Origin: an uncultured virus (IMG/VR IMGVR_UViG_3300030099_002495) | Lineage: Duplodnaviria > Heunggongvirae > Uroviricota > Caudoviricetes | Length of the DNA stretch: 25,214 bases | Reading direction: 5' to 3' (one strand) | IMG/VR virus record: IMGVR_UViG_3300030099_002495 | Shown here: positions 8,301-18,800 of the stretch, piece by piece | Numbering within the stretch: position 1 is the first letter of the stretch | How the letters are laid out: the number at the start of each line of letters is the position of its first letter | Made by a program: the position numbers and the translations under genes | Notes under the pieces: model-generated | Databases searched by the model: none | The model's input: the letters and a program-made list of their open reading frames with translations, nothing else | What the model was told of the DNA's origin: nothing

Positions 8301-9373
8301 AGTTTTTTGAAAGTGCGGAATTAACACCGAATGAGCCTGAGTTTGATGAAGTATATGATTGGACACCAGGAGGTAAAGCAGAGTTTACAAAAGATAAAGC
8401 TGCATACAATTTATTTAATATGGGCTTAGGAGTAGGTTGGGATGAAAACTTTGGGCTTGATAATAATATGTCTAAAAGACAATACTTTAAAGCACTAGAA
8501 CAAAGCTTGTTAGCTGATGGAAAAAGTGCAGAAGATGTTGCATCTATTATAAATAGAGAAAAGATTAAGTATGATGAAAACTTAACTAATCTAGAAAGTA
8601 TAGAAGAAAATAAAGAATTAACTCCTGAAGACAAAGCAAAGCTTCTTGCAAAGCAAATGAGAAATAAGAAGATACAAGAAATGCTGTCGCAAGGCTTTAA
8701 AAATTTAAGTGGAGAGTTTGGTAAATTAGGTCCTACAATGTATAACTTTGCAAAAGGAAGAGAAGAAGCTGAAGAAGAACAGTTTATAAGTAATCCAAAT
8801 GAGGATCAGATTATGAGTAATATTCAGAGGCTTACTAATCTTGATATTGATAGTTTGTTAGCAGAAAATGAACAAAACTTTAATATGTTAAAATACCTAG
8901 GTAAAGATGTAGCAGGAGGAAATGCTGGTTCATATTTAAATACTTTGATAAGAGGACAGAATATACAGAACCAAGCTGATCTTAAAGCATTCTTAACTAA
9001 GTTTAATTCTGATCAGCAAGGATTAAAAATTGCAAATGAGTCATTATATTCTCTAGGAGAAAGAGATAGAGCTGAAGGTGCTAGAGTTAGTGAAGTTAAT
9101 GCTATGAATAGAGCGGCGAAAGAAGCCTTTACTGCTAAAGGGTGGGAAGGTTTATCTGGAAACACTCAGCTTAAAACACTTATGAAGAATCAAATGGCGC
9201 AAGACGAATCATTGAAAGAAATGTTAAATATGATTTATCCTGATGCACAATTATATTTGAATAGAGACGGTACAATAGATATAGATGCTTTAGAAAAGAG
9301 TGGAGATCTTCAAAAGTTAATTGAGTCTAATCCGCAATTAAAAGAATATTTAGAAAAGTATTTTAAAAAATAA
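5342..9373 (+). CDS. Internal virion cargo/ejection protein (crAss cargo protein C1-like), 1343 aa
   Basis: It lies directly after the muzzle gene. It has a conserved-looking core ANVEYEAEGGETIM...YVFSDKL...TFAEASEKI...LMDLQTEQE, Gly-rich hydrophobic segments, a helical C-terminus, a Lys-rich N-terminus and recurrent xxxGG motifs. Confidence 0.7.
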   Translation: MANKKKKKKASNSYWMKYGGNPTKMDKFRGFIEKKHSGGEAGFPHPHPHPKNATELELLGAHAWQTSHNEGKRIKKSEIHKYNWGIQDEAVEAFANSNWFLHYPDTIADAPKTVEAMNAYTDAIDAERQKVIKLHSTDFSWDDFLYGTGFAANKLGKRLMAAPNPYVKAGGALSYLLGWGLTGGKGYYDFDKRAMNEKLKLENPYATFVNEDGEIVNYEDGEGMFFDLIEFKNIRPKPPKQNSEEDPDANYKTPIDYGMGGMVPYKKYGYGGYNEYGYGGTRKKKKEYGHGGYHVSSQKNITEDPTFKMWFAKNARRSDVMQSSSDPQALKQLFLSDINFPGNEMPLFSGEIDGYGNVDKSGRSPELSSKIIGGMQMYGGTPHKRPKAELGMAEGLYTSPTDNLNDYSNVTEVQQDKHGNWQQGVGKVGDTNFLKYLNYAVPGLGTILDIAADTIGYHGDKKNYKEVVKAKNTAKNKLNTVLRGENKDTLDLSTRTDALTALSGMSPEAPSFEKDLLPEIGSNVLSFASSAIGGDTFLGDFMGGKATDSPIDFNNIGADDLPGLDQYAKYGGMPGLHQMGKGGRPGLWANIHAKRARGERPARPGEKGYPKTLDIKAMGGANDFQPGATAAMISGLFNPMSPEHQLQAMGNPGQSYNTGGDPNANVEYEAEGGETIMHAPGQPPATTGDLTPIDEGPNNANDAMLSMLDGNSHQTMDPDGHTGEIVSGEGQQYVFSDKLRSKQWGMTFAEASEKIGKHIAKFKEEMENGDEITKSTAGSMIEAWNQKLMDLQTEQEQARQQKFIDMMESGASQEELQEKFPDIFQQYMQQQQSQQLSESAMQAIAGPTGGMADNPMGNIDMSQLSAQDQQLVGAMYGLPEYDNGGFTPFDFNQYISGLGQDMFSGQAFTLDKDYMPDRRELMDFLTANYPDGGFEMGDDTFTNAKDYYKALVSGFGDWRSGQLESGDIPTSKPKAIDYKELQTIPNEFFESAELTPNEPEFDEVYDWTPGGKAEFTKDKAAYNLFNMGLGVGWDENFGLDNNMSKRQYFKALEQSLLADGKSAEDVASIINREKIKYDENLTNLESIEENKELTPEDKAKLLAKQMRNKKIQEMLSQGFKNLSGEFGKLGPTMYNFAKGREEAEEEQFISNPNEDQIMSNIQRLTNLDIDSLLAENEQNFNMLKYLGKDVAGGNAGSYLNTLIRGQNIQNQADLKAFLTKFNSDQQGLKIANESLYSLGERDRAEGARVSEVNAMNRAAKEAFTAKGWEGLSGNTQLKTLMKNQMAQDESLKEMLNMIYPDAQLYLNRDGTIDIDALEKSGDLQKLIESNPQLKEYLEKYFKK
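5471..5491 (+). repeat. (CCACAT)3+CCT coding repeat encoding PHPHPHP
   Basis: Read directly from the sequence. Confidence 0.85.
6110..6217 (+). repeat. Four YGxGG-encoding direct repeats (YGMGG, YGYGG, YGYGG, YGHGG)
   Basis: Copies start at 6110, 6143, 6167 and 6203. The middle two are the identical 15-mer TATGGTTATGGAGGT. Confidence 0.85.
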
Positions 9374-9376
9374 AAA

Positions 9377-12300
9377 ATGGCTGTAAATAGATTTATGAAA
9401 CCAGCGGAGCAACCGCTAATGAACACATACGTTAGATTGCCTTTCGAGCAATTATCTATGGCGTATAATCAGATACAAAAAGAACATGACGCTGGTGAAA
9501 AATTAAATGATAGTTTAGATGATGAGCTGCTTAAAGTAAGGGCATCTACGCCTTTACACACACAAGTTTTGAGCCAGATAAGAACAAATCTGGATCAGAG
9601 CTTAGATGCTTTATATCAAAAGCATGGTGGTCGTTATGCAGACATGGTTCCTGAATTAACAGCTATTAAATCAAATCTAGAGAAAGATATGAATGATGGA
9701 AGTCTTTATGCTATTAAAGAAACTACAAGATCTCTAGAAGAAGATCTAAACCCAGCTATTGCAAAGGCTCAAGAAGAAGGAACATATTCTACATTTTATA
9801 ATCCATATTTTGGGGCTGAGAGTGACTGGACAAGGTTTTATCATCAAGGATTTAAATTAAATGACCAGAACGAGTGGGAGGTAGATGATGGATCAACAGA
9901 TGGTTGGACAGTTACTCCTGATGGTAGAACTATACTAACTCCTTATAGATATAAAGGTGTATACAAAGCTTCGGATCAATTACAAGAAGCAAACGAAAAG
10001 ACATTTGATAAAATTAAATCTGACTATGTTAAGTGGGTTGATGAAAATCCAAATACAGGATCAACTAAAACACAAGAACAAAAAGCTATTACTCGTAGCA
10101 AAGTTTACCAAGCTGCATTTACAGATTTAAGATATTATCCTGCTAACATGAGAAATGAGATTGCATTCGAAGTAGGTAAAATGACTGATAATCAAAGAAT
10201 AAAAGCAGCAATACATGCTGTTAATGCTGTTTACGGAGAGCCAGAAGCAGATAGTAATGCGGCAGATGCTAAAAATGCTATAATACAAGATATAAAGAAT
10301 AATCCAGATGTAGCTAATCAGTGGGCTATGGCTGATTATGTTGGATACATGGGAGAAAAATATGTATTTGAAAATAATCTTCAATCTGAAACGTTTGATA
10401 ATGGACAGTTTAATAAGAATAGATACCCTATTGAGAAAACTGATTGGGTACCTAAAGTAACTGGAGGAACAGGATTTATGGCAGGTAATATAAGAAATGT
10501 AAATAACGAACCTATAGCAGATCTAAATGATCCATTAAACTCTTATATTGAAATAGTTAATAATAATTCTAATGCTTATAAGACTGTTGTAAATGAATAT
10601 GAAACAACTAAAGCAAACTATTCTTTAGATGATCCATATCATAAAGAGTGGCAAGCAAAAATAGATGAGGCTAAGTTTAAGTATGAATCATCTGCAATGG
10701 CGCTATTTGGATTAACACAAACTGCAGCTAAACAACTTAATGCACAACGTTACATGGATCAGAATGGAGGCGGTGTTAGGTACCAAGACGGAAGTGGTAA
10801 TTGGGTATACATACCTATGGTAGAGGCTGATGGGACTATTAATTCAGCATGGATGACAGAAGGATGGGGGTCTATACAGTTTGATGATAATGGTGTGCCT
10901 GTTGATGTAGAAGAATTAAATAGACAGGCTACAGCTCCAGATCAAAACATTTATAAATACATGGATGTTGCTAAAGGACTATTTGATAATGTATTTACTG
11001 GAGGAGGAACTCAGACATCAGTGCTTCTTAATAAAGTTAATCAAATACAAGATAATTCTAACTTCTTTAAAGGACGTAATACTTCAGTAGACACTTATTC
11101 ATCTACAGGTAGTAAGAGAGTAGATGCTGAGATTAGTGCTAAGTTGCCAGGTCTAATAGGTACAGAAGATCAGACATTTGTTACTAGCGATGGTGAGGAG
11201 ACTAGTTGGAAAGATTTAGTACAAGATAATATAGTATCACAAGAAAACTTAGATCAGTTCTTACAAGGTAAGATGGGAGAAGTTGTGTGGTTAAGTCAAC
11301 CTAATCCAGATGGAACTTATTATGGTATGTTAACAATGCCTAAAGAAGATGAAGGCAATTCAGCAGCAACAATAGATTTATTCTTTATAGCTCCTCCAGA
11401 GGTTAGAAGAACTTGGAGAAACCAATTTGAAACTACAAGACCTATTGGAGATGGTAGTGGTATGACAGAATATGTGACATTACCTAGAACTGAAGCACAG
11501 AAACAATTATGGGATGCAAATGAAAGAGCTCAAATTGATTTTGCTAGAGCCGCTAGAACTCCAGGTAATATTGCAATGAGTTCTGCAGAAGATGGTGAAA
11601 ATAATCCATTAGGATACTATTACTTTAATCAAGATCCTGACGGAAGACCTATTAGTAACGAGCAATACGTATTCCAGCCTAGAAAAGGATTAATTCTAGA
11701 TTATGTAAATGGTGAGCCTGTATTTACAACAGGTAATGAATTATTTAATATAGACTCAGATGCTAAGCAAGTAGGTATGTTAATTACATTAAATGATCCT
11801 ACGTATGCTGGTGCTAAAGCATATTTTGCTAATAACTTTAACTTAAATCCTAACCCAATAGCAAGAGAAGGTATACCTGTAACAGAAAAATCTGAAGCTA
11901 GAGGTATAGATGTAGATGGTAATTACTTCTCTACTAATTTAAGACCGGGACAAATTATGTTACCAGAAGAAAGAATTAATTCAAGCAGGATGAAGGTTGC
12001 AAATAATGATTCAGGTATGGCATTCAACAATATGTATGAAGGATTGAATTCTACAGCTGCAGAAATACTAGTAGAAACAACACAATTATTTGATACAGAA
12101 TGGAGTACTAAACTCTCTAATAAAATTGCTACTACCTTTAGCGGAACTAAATTAACAAGACAAGATGGTACTGAAGTTAACTTTAATACTGCACTAGCTA
12201 ATGGAGATATTGAATTAATTCCAGTAAGCGGTGTAGATGGTCAGTTTAGTTTACCTATTACTAGCGGTGCAAGATCATATGAGCAGCAAGAAAGAATGTA

Positions 12301-12787
12301 TAATGAGTGGGTAGAAGGTGGTAAACAAGGACCTCCTGTTGCTAACCCAGCAGAGGGTGGCTTCCATGTATTTGGTCAAGCAATAGATCTATCATGGTCA
12401 GAAAGAGATTATGATTGGGTGCTAGTAGATAATACAGGACAGTTTAAAGAATTAAATGGAAACAATTCATTTACTAATGTAGCAACAACTAACGGTTATG
12501 ATAGAACACCTGTAAGTAAAAATGGTATATTAGTAAGTAGTTTAGTAGGCTCAGGAAATAGCAAATTATTCCCTGACTATAATAAATCGGTATTAACATC
12601 GTTATTTGATAAGATGAGTAGTACACCTCAAGATATTAAGGATCACCATAAGAGAACAGGTCCTTATAGAGAGGCAAATGTATTACCTGATTTCAAACAG
12701 TTTAATCCGACAGAGTGGTGGCATTGGTCGCTCGGAGAAATTACCAATCCAACCAGCGGATATGTTTATCCGTCATGGGCAAATTAA
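9377..12787 (+). CDS. Virion ejection/cargo protein with C-terminal M15-family peptidoglycan peptidase, 1136 aa
   Basis: The N-terminus MAVNRF...NTYVRLPFEQL...QKEHD resembles crAss cargo proteins encoded before the RNAP gene. The C-terminus carries M15 motifs. It starts 3 nt after the upstream stop in an A-rich context with no Shine-Dalgarno sequence. Confidence 0.75.
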   Translation: MAVNRFMKPAEQPLMNTYVRLPFEQLSMAYNQIQKEHDAGEKLNDSLDDELLKVRASTPLHTQVLSQIRTNLDQSLDALYQKHGGRYADMVPELTAIKSNLEKDMNDGSLYAIKETTRSLEEDLNPAIAKAQEEGTYSTFYNPYFGAESDWTRFYHQGFKLNDQNEWEVDDGSTDGWTVTPDGRTILTPYRYKGVYKASDQLQEANEKTFDKIKSDYVKWVDENPNTGSTKTQEQKAITRSKVYQAAFTDLRYYPANMRNEIAFEVGKMTDNQRIKAAIHAVNAVYGEPEADSNAADAKNAIIQDIKNNPDVANQWAMADYVGYMGEKYVFENNLQSETFDNGQFNKNRYPIEKTDWVPKVTGGTGFMAGNIRNVNNEPIADLNDPLNSYIEIVNNNSNAYKTVVNEYETTKANYSLDDPYHKEWQAKIDEAKFKYESSAMALFGLTQTAAKQLNAQRYMDQNGGGVRYQDGSGNWVYIPMVEADGTINSAWMTEGWGSIQFDDNGVPVDVEELNRQATAPDQNIYKYMDVAKGLFDNVFTGGGTQTSVLLNKVNQIQDNSNFFKGRNTSVDTYSSTGSKRVDAEISAKLPGLIGTEDQTFVTSDGEETSWKDLVQDNIVSQENLDQFLQGKMGEVVWLSQPNPDGTYYGMLTMPKEDEGNSAATIDLFFIAPPEVRRTWRNQFETTRPIGDGSGMTEYVTLPRTEAQKQLWDANERAQIDFARAARTPGNIAMSSAEDGENNPLGYYYFNQDPDGRPISNEQYVFQPRKGLILDYVNGEPVFTTGNELFNIDSDAKQVGMLITLNDPTYAGAKAYFANNFNLNPNPIAREGIPVTEKSEARGIDVDGNYFSTNLRPGQIMLPEERINSSRMKVANNDSGMAFNNMYEGLNSTAAEILVETTQLFDTEWSTKLSNKIATTFSGTKLTRQDGTEVNFNTALANGDIELIPVSGVDGQFSLPITSGARSYEQQERMYNEWVEGGKQGPPVANPAEGGFHVFGQAIDLSWSERDYDWVLVDNTGQFKELNGNNSFTNVATTNGYDRTPVSKNGILVSSLVGSGNSKLFPDYNKSVLTSLFDKMSSTPQDIKDHHKRTGPYREANVLPDFKQFNPTEWWHWSLGEITNPTSGYVYPSWAN
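12251..12736 (+). other. Peptidase M15 (VanY / L-Ala-D-Glu peptidase-like) zinc domain
   Basis: ITSGARSYEQQERMY (S963, R966), ANPAEGGFHVFGQAID (H997-x6-D1004) and EWWH (E1113, H1116) supply the His/Asp/His zinc ligands and the catalytic Glu and Arg of M15B/C enzymes. Confidence 0.8.
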
Positions 12788-12809
12788 GAACTAAAATTAG
12801 TTTAACATA

Positions 12810-15800
12810 ATGAGTGATAATAACACAGGGAATACTATAAATTTCCCAACAAATAATTCTTCATCGGAGCTAGATCCAATAACAGGGCTTCCAAAAGTAA
12901 ATCATGTGCAGAACTTTTCAATTCCTTCTGGGGATTGGAGTATGATGGATATTATAAATGAGCAAACCGATGAGGGTTTTCATAGTAATAGATATAACAG
13001 GCCTACTGTTGTTCCAGGAAACATATATGATAATGAAGATGTAGATTGGGATGTAAGAAACATAGGGAATATAGATAGACGTTTAGCTAAAGACCAGAGC
13101 GGATGGTCTCAATTTAGTGCTTGGCTTAATCAGTCTGTTTTAGGTGAAATAGTTGGAGGGACTATGGAAGGATTTGGATCTTTATTAGATGCAATAGATG
13201 GAGATCTAATGAATGATTACACTAATGATTCTAGTAGCTGGTTCGACTCTCTTGCTGCAGGATTAAATGTTACAGGACGAGACTTAAGAGAATGGACCCA
13301 GGAAGTAACTCCTATATATAGCATACCGACAGCTAAGAAATGGAACCCTAGTGATTCAGGATGGTGGGCATCTAATGGTGTAAGTGTAGTGTCTACTCTT
13401 TCTTTAATGATACCTGGTCTAGCTGTAACAAGGGGAGCTAGTATGGCAGGTAGGGGTTTAAGATCTTTAAATGCTGTAACTAAAGGTATGAAAAGTGCTA
13501 AAGTAAATTCAGCAATAGCTAATGCTTTAACATTAAGTAGAACAGGTAAGTGGCTTACTAAATCCACAATTATGGGATTAAGTATGCGTCACATGGAGAA
13601 CTACAGAGAAGCAGCTCAAACATTTGATGAGTCTTATGATAAAACCTATGAATTCTTTAAAGACCAATCTAAGTTAGATGCCTTTATAGATAGTCCAGAG
13701 GGACAACAAATGATGACTGAATTAGGTTTAGATCCAAACAGCCGTGGTCTAAGAGATGCAGCAGCTAGATATGTTGCAGGTAAAGGTGCAGCTCATTCTT
13801 ATTATGCAAACTATACTAATCTTATATTTGATATAGCCCAGTCTGCTTTATTTTTTAGAGGAGTTGGAAGATCTACAAGAGCGGGGTTTATGGGTCATAG
13901 TAAAAAAGTAAAAGACGCACAAAAAGCTATTCTAAAAAATCCTAAGTTACCTAAAACTAAAATAGGTAAACTAATGGAAAGAACTAGAAGAGGAAGAAAT
14001 TTCTTATTCTGGTCTGGTACAGAAGGTATAGAGGAGCAAATTAACTTTATCTCTATGCAAGAAGGTATACGTCATGGGGATGTACTAGCAGGGAATACAG
14101 GTTACGAAACTAATCCTGACTTTGCACACGGTAGTTTTGCTCAAAGACTAAATCAATATTACAATGATGGAGAGCTATGGACAGCTTCTCTTATGGGTAC
14201 TATTGGTGGTGGTATCTTTACAGGTATATCTAATGTAAAAAACAGAAAAGCACAAAGAGAAAGAAACGAGGCCGCTATAAAAGAAATAAATAACAGGGTA
14301 GATTTCTTAAGAGAGTCTTTAAAGAAAAGACAAAAAGCACAAGAAAGAGGAGATACAAATGCTATAAAAGAACAGGATGAATTAATGGCATTAGAAATGG
14401 CATTAAATGCAGCACGTTCAGGGACAACAGATCTTCTTCTTGATATGATTAATGATCCTGTATATGAAGAATTACTACAAGAGTATGGAATAACTACTGA
14501 AAATGTAGAAGCCCAAAGAGCTAAGATGAAAGACATCATACTTAAAACTGAGAAAAAGTTTAATAAGTATGTAAATAAAATAACAGGAACTAAATACAGT
14601 TACGGGTTAGCTAATGCACTAACTCAGATGGATATGGCTGTAGATATTTATGACTCTTTAGCAAAAGCCGTACAAGAGCAAATAGATAATTTATCTAGTG
14701 ATAATGCATATAATCAAGAGCAGTTTAGTTTAGGACCTAATACTAAAAGAAGGTTTGAGTTAAGAGCTCAAAGAGAAGCGCTACTTCAGCAAATAGAACA
14801 AATGAAGTTTGCTAGGGGACAAGCAGCTACAGAGTCTACAAATCCTAATGCAACTGAACAAGAAAGGCAGGAAGCTAAAGATCTAGTAAGCATGTTAGAC
14901 GGCTTTATGAAAATGGCTGAAGAAGAGTTGTCTAAAACTGATAAAGAAACTGCAAGCCTAAAAGCAGACTCAAAAGAAACTTATGAACCAGAAGCATACG
15001 ACGCTGAAGAAAAGTTTTTAAACGAGGCTAATACTAATACTGAGTCAGCTTTACAGCAAAAGAAAAGAAATTACGTTTTAAACAGAAACGCAGCATGGAA
15101 TAAGTTACAAGACATGCTGAATGGTAAGTGGGAAAAGGATAAGGTCGATGAGGCATTCACAAATGACAGTGAGAGAGATGCGATAGAAAAGGCTATAGCA
15201 GAAGGTAGAGATGATATAGCTACTTCTGCAATTAATGAAGCTATAAAAGATGACTTTAGAGATTTTGTAAAAGACAATCCTAACTTAACAGAACAAGATA
15301 TAATTGATTTCTTCAAAGAACATAAAGACAATGAAGAAATTAGAGAGTATGGTGAAGAAGTACTAGAGAGATTTAGGACTAGAGCCCAAAGAGAAGAGTA
15401 CAGGAATGCTATAGAAGAACTTAGAGCACAAGCTGCAGAAGCAAGTGAAGAAGTAAAGAGTGAGATTGATAAGAAAGTTGAAAAGCTCAAAAAAGATTTA
15501 TTTGATCCAAAGATTTCTAGAAAAGAATCAGCCCGTAGAACTAAACTTGAACAAGAGTTTAGAGAAAATAAAGCTGATAGTAATAGATATTTATACGGAG
15601 AACAAGAGAGTCAGGATTATTTAGTTAATGAATTATTTGATGGAGTAACTAAATACGTACCAGTTGTATGGAATGATAAGACAGGTATGATCTACAGAGA
15701 TGAGCAAACAAACGAGCTTATCTTTAGAGAAGGAGAAACAAATAAAGAGTTTATAGTAAACGAGCACCTTTCTGATAAAGTACATAGAGACAGCAAGGGT

Positions 15801-18800
15801 AGATTTACTCAGGGGCCTACATTAGGTTACCTAGGTATGTTGTTGCTTAGAGATGCTAATTTAGATATACAGATAAAAGCTGATGGAAGAACTTACATGG
15901 TTGATGGTGAATATTACAACAACCTAGAAAGTGATCCTTCTAGCGCAATAGAGTATGATAACGATGCAAATGTTGTATCTGTAACACTTACTAAGTGGGA
16001 TGGAACTAAAGTAACATTTACAAATCCTATGATTGCGTATGAATTAGCAGACGTTATCGAAACACTAGAAGCTGTAAAAAGAACTAGATTTAATGATTTA
16101 GTTAAGAGTGACTTTATGATTGTAGAGATGCAAGGTCAAGAATACATAGTATCTTACCAGCAGACAGATCTATTTACTGAGACACTAGTTGCTACAGATA
16201 TAAATGGTAATCCTATACAAGAAGGAGAACTGAACCAAGCAGTACTGAGAAGAGCTAATGCTATGTTATCAGCTGTAATACAACAAGAAATTAATAATTT
16301 AAAACAATCTTACAATGAAACTAAAACAACTCAAGCTGCTCCTACCTCAAGACTTACAGATGAAACTATGCAGCAAGACGAAATGGGACAGGGTGAAGTA
16401 TCTTCACAAAATGAGAAACTCCAAGTCGCAGAAGTCAATGCGGCCGGAAAAACCAGTAACTCGAGTCCAGCCGAATCAGTAACACCTGAAACAGTAGAGG
16501 AGCAAGAACGTATAATTGAAAATACTGAAAGAAAAGTTAATGAGAACAATCCTGAAGAAGAGCCTGCAACGTCAGAAGAAGCGCAACAACAAGATATTAA
16601 TGTTCTCGAAATTGATGAAGCTACTTCGGGTAAGGAATCAGGCCAAACAACCGCGGAACAGGCGAGACCTATAGAGACTAGTAGTAACCCTACAACTCAA
16701 ACGAATGCGGCATTAAGGAAGACTTATCCACAAGCATGGACTAAACAGTTTATGAGTGGTATGGGTCAGTATGGTCAGTATCAAAACATTAGAGATAAAG
16801 ACGGTAATCTTGTAGAAGAGATACTAAGTCCTGATGGAGGCACTGCTTACAATATTATTACTTTAGATCAACTTACAGGGCCACAATTAGAGGCTATGAA
16901 TAATGGTGACCCGAGATACCAACAGCTGTATATTTTTGAACCATTATTAGGTCCTGAAAATAATGTACAAAGAGAGGGTGATAGACTATTAGAAAGCGAT
17001 AAACTTGTTCCATACCAAATAAATGGCAAGCCAGCAGTAAGAGTACAGATAAAAGAAAATGCTATAGCTGCATCAGAAGTATTTGATACTGAGCTACTTA
17101 ACAGCCCTGAGCTAGGAGTAGGAACTAAAGTAGTATTAAGGATAGAAGAAAACTGGCCTTACTTCTCACCAACAGAAGCGGGACAAGGAGTAGTTACTAT
17201 ACGACTTGCTTCTGATCCAAATAGGATTATAAGTGTACTTTCTTCATCTCAAAAGTCACAAATAAATGACAAGCTAAGAAGAAAGATTGCAAAGTACAGA
17301 AGAGATTTCCCAGGCAAAGATATACCAGCTACAATAGCAGGTAAAACAAATGGGTATGTTATAAACATCAAACACAAGGGTCAGTCTATACAACAAAATG
17401 TAAGCGCATTAGGGACAGATATAGTGTTTGGAATTGATTTAGGAGGCTCGGGTATTAATTACAATAATACAAATGAGAATAATTTTGAATCAGAATTTAC
17501 AGAACAAGGATACTTATATGCTAGAATTAAATCAGCAAGCGGTAGGTATATACCAGTAAGACTTACAACTAACAAGCTTAGTGAAAAAGCTATAGATATT
17601 ATACTAAATGCATTAGTAAATGATACAATGACTGCAGAAGAAAAGCAGTTACTAGTAGAGCAATTAGTATACATACCTAGAGGTAAAAATGCTGATGCTC
17701 AGTTTGACTTAGGAAGTAAAACTAATAAAACTTTTGCTGCTAAGTTTGATGTAACGATGGATAACTTTGTTATCAAATTTCCTTTCAGAGGCCAAGTGAT
17801 TGGTATTCAGTATAATATGGAGGGTAAAGAAGGTAACCAAAGAAATAACTTAGCTTCTGCATTAGAAGGTGGGGAGTTTTTATTTAAACTCTACGATGCA
17901 AATGGTAAGATTATACCAGTTAATGGAGTTAACGTTGCAGCTGATGGATCATCAGGACAAAGAGTAGTATTACGTAATAGTAAAGAATTACAAATAGTAG
18001 GTGATGAGGTAAAAAAAGCTCTTAAAGAACACTTAGGTACTAAGGTATACAACATACAAAAGCATAAAATAAATACTAAAGAAGAATATTTAAATCCTTT
18101 AGGAGATACAGCTTTTGCAAACTATGATACATTCTTAAGAGAAATGAATATTGTGTCTACAGATATACCTGCAAGCGGTCAGCAGCAGTTTATGCACAGT
18201 AGACTATACTTAGATGTACCAGAAAGTGTATTCACACCAGCTGAAAAATCAGCACCAGAGTTTTTACAAGAAGACAATATCGAACTTACCCCGGTACCTG
18301 AACCAGACGGAGAGTTTGAAGTAGATAGTAGTACTACACCTGAATCTCTTTCAGATATACTAGGAGGACAGCCACAAGTAGAAGAGACTAGCGAAGATGA
18401 ATCTACAACAGGAGAAGTTAATGAAGTAGACCCAAGTAAAGACGATGACTTTGATGTTAAGCTACGTCAATACGAAGAAGTAGGTCCAGGATACGATCTT
18501 ATGACAGATACTGAAAAGCAGTGGGTTTTAAGTAGATTTGGTGAAGAAGCTTTAGATATAGTTAATAGAGTTAAGTATATGACTCTTAAGGATGGAAGAC
18601 AGGCGTGGGGTTATTATCATAATGGATTGATGACAGTAGCGCAAGGAGCTATAGCCGGAACTGCATACTGGGAAGCATTCCGTCGTATTTATGATTTACA
18701 TTTAACTACTGATGAGAAAAGCGCTATAGAATTAGAAGCTATAGAGAAGTACGGTTCTGTTGCAGATATAGAAACAAAGCTAGCTGAAGAGTTTAAAGAT

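Noticed and set aside
8717..8750. Internal TTTG-N22-TAACTTTG promoter-like match
   Set aside because: It is inside a CDS, the spacer is longer than optimal, it lies about 630 bp from the next start, and such matches are expected by chance in AT-rich DNA.
12789..12802. Inverted repeat AACTAA-AA-TTAGTT between the third and fourth genes
   Set aside because: The 6-bp AT-rich arms with a 2-nt loop are too weak for a terminator, and I saw no second copy to support an operator.
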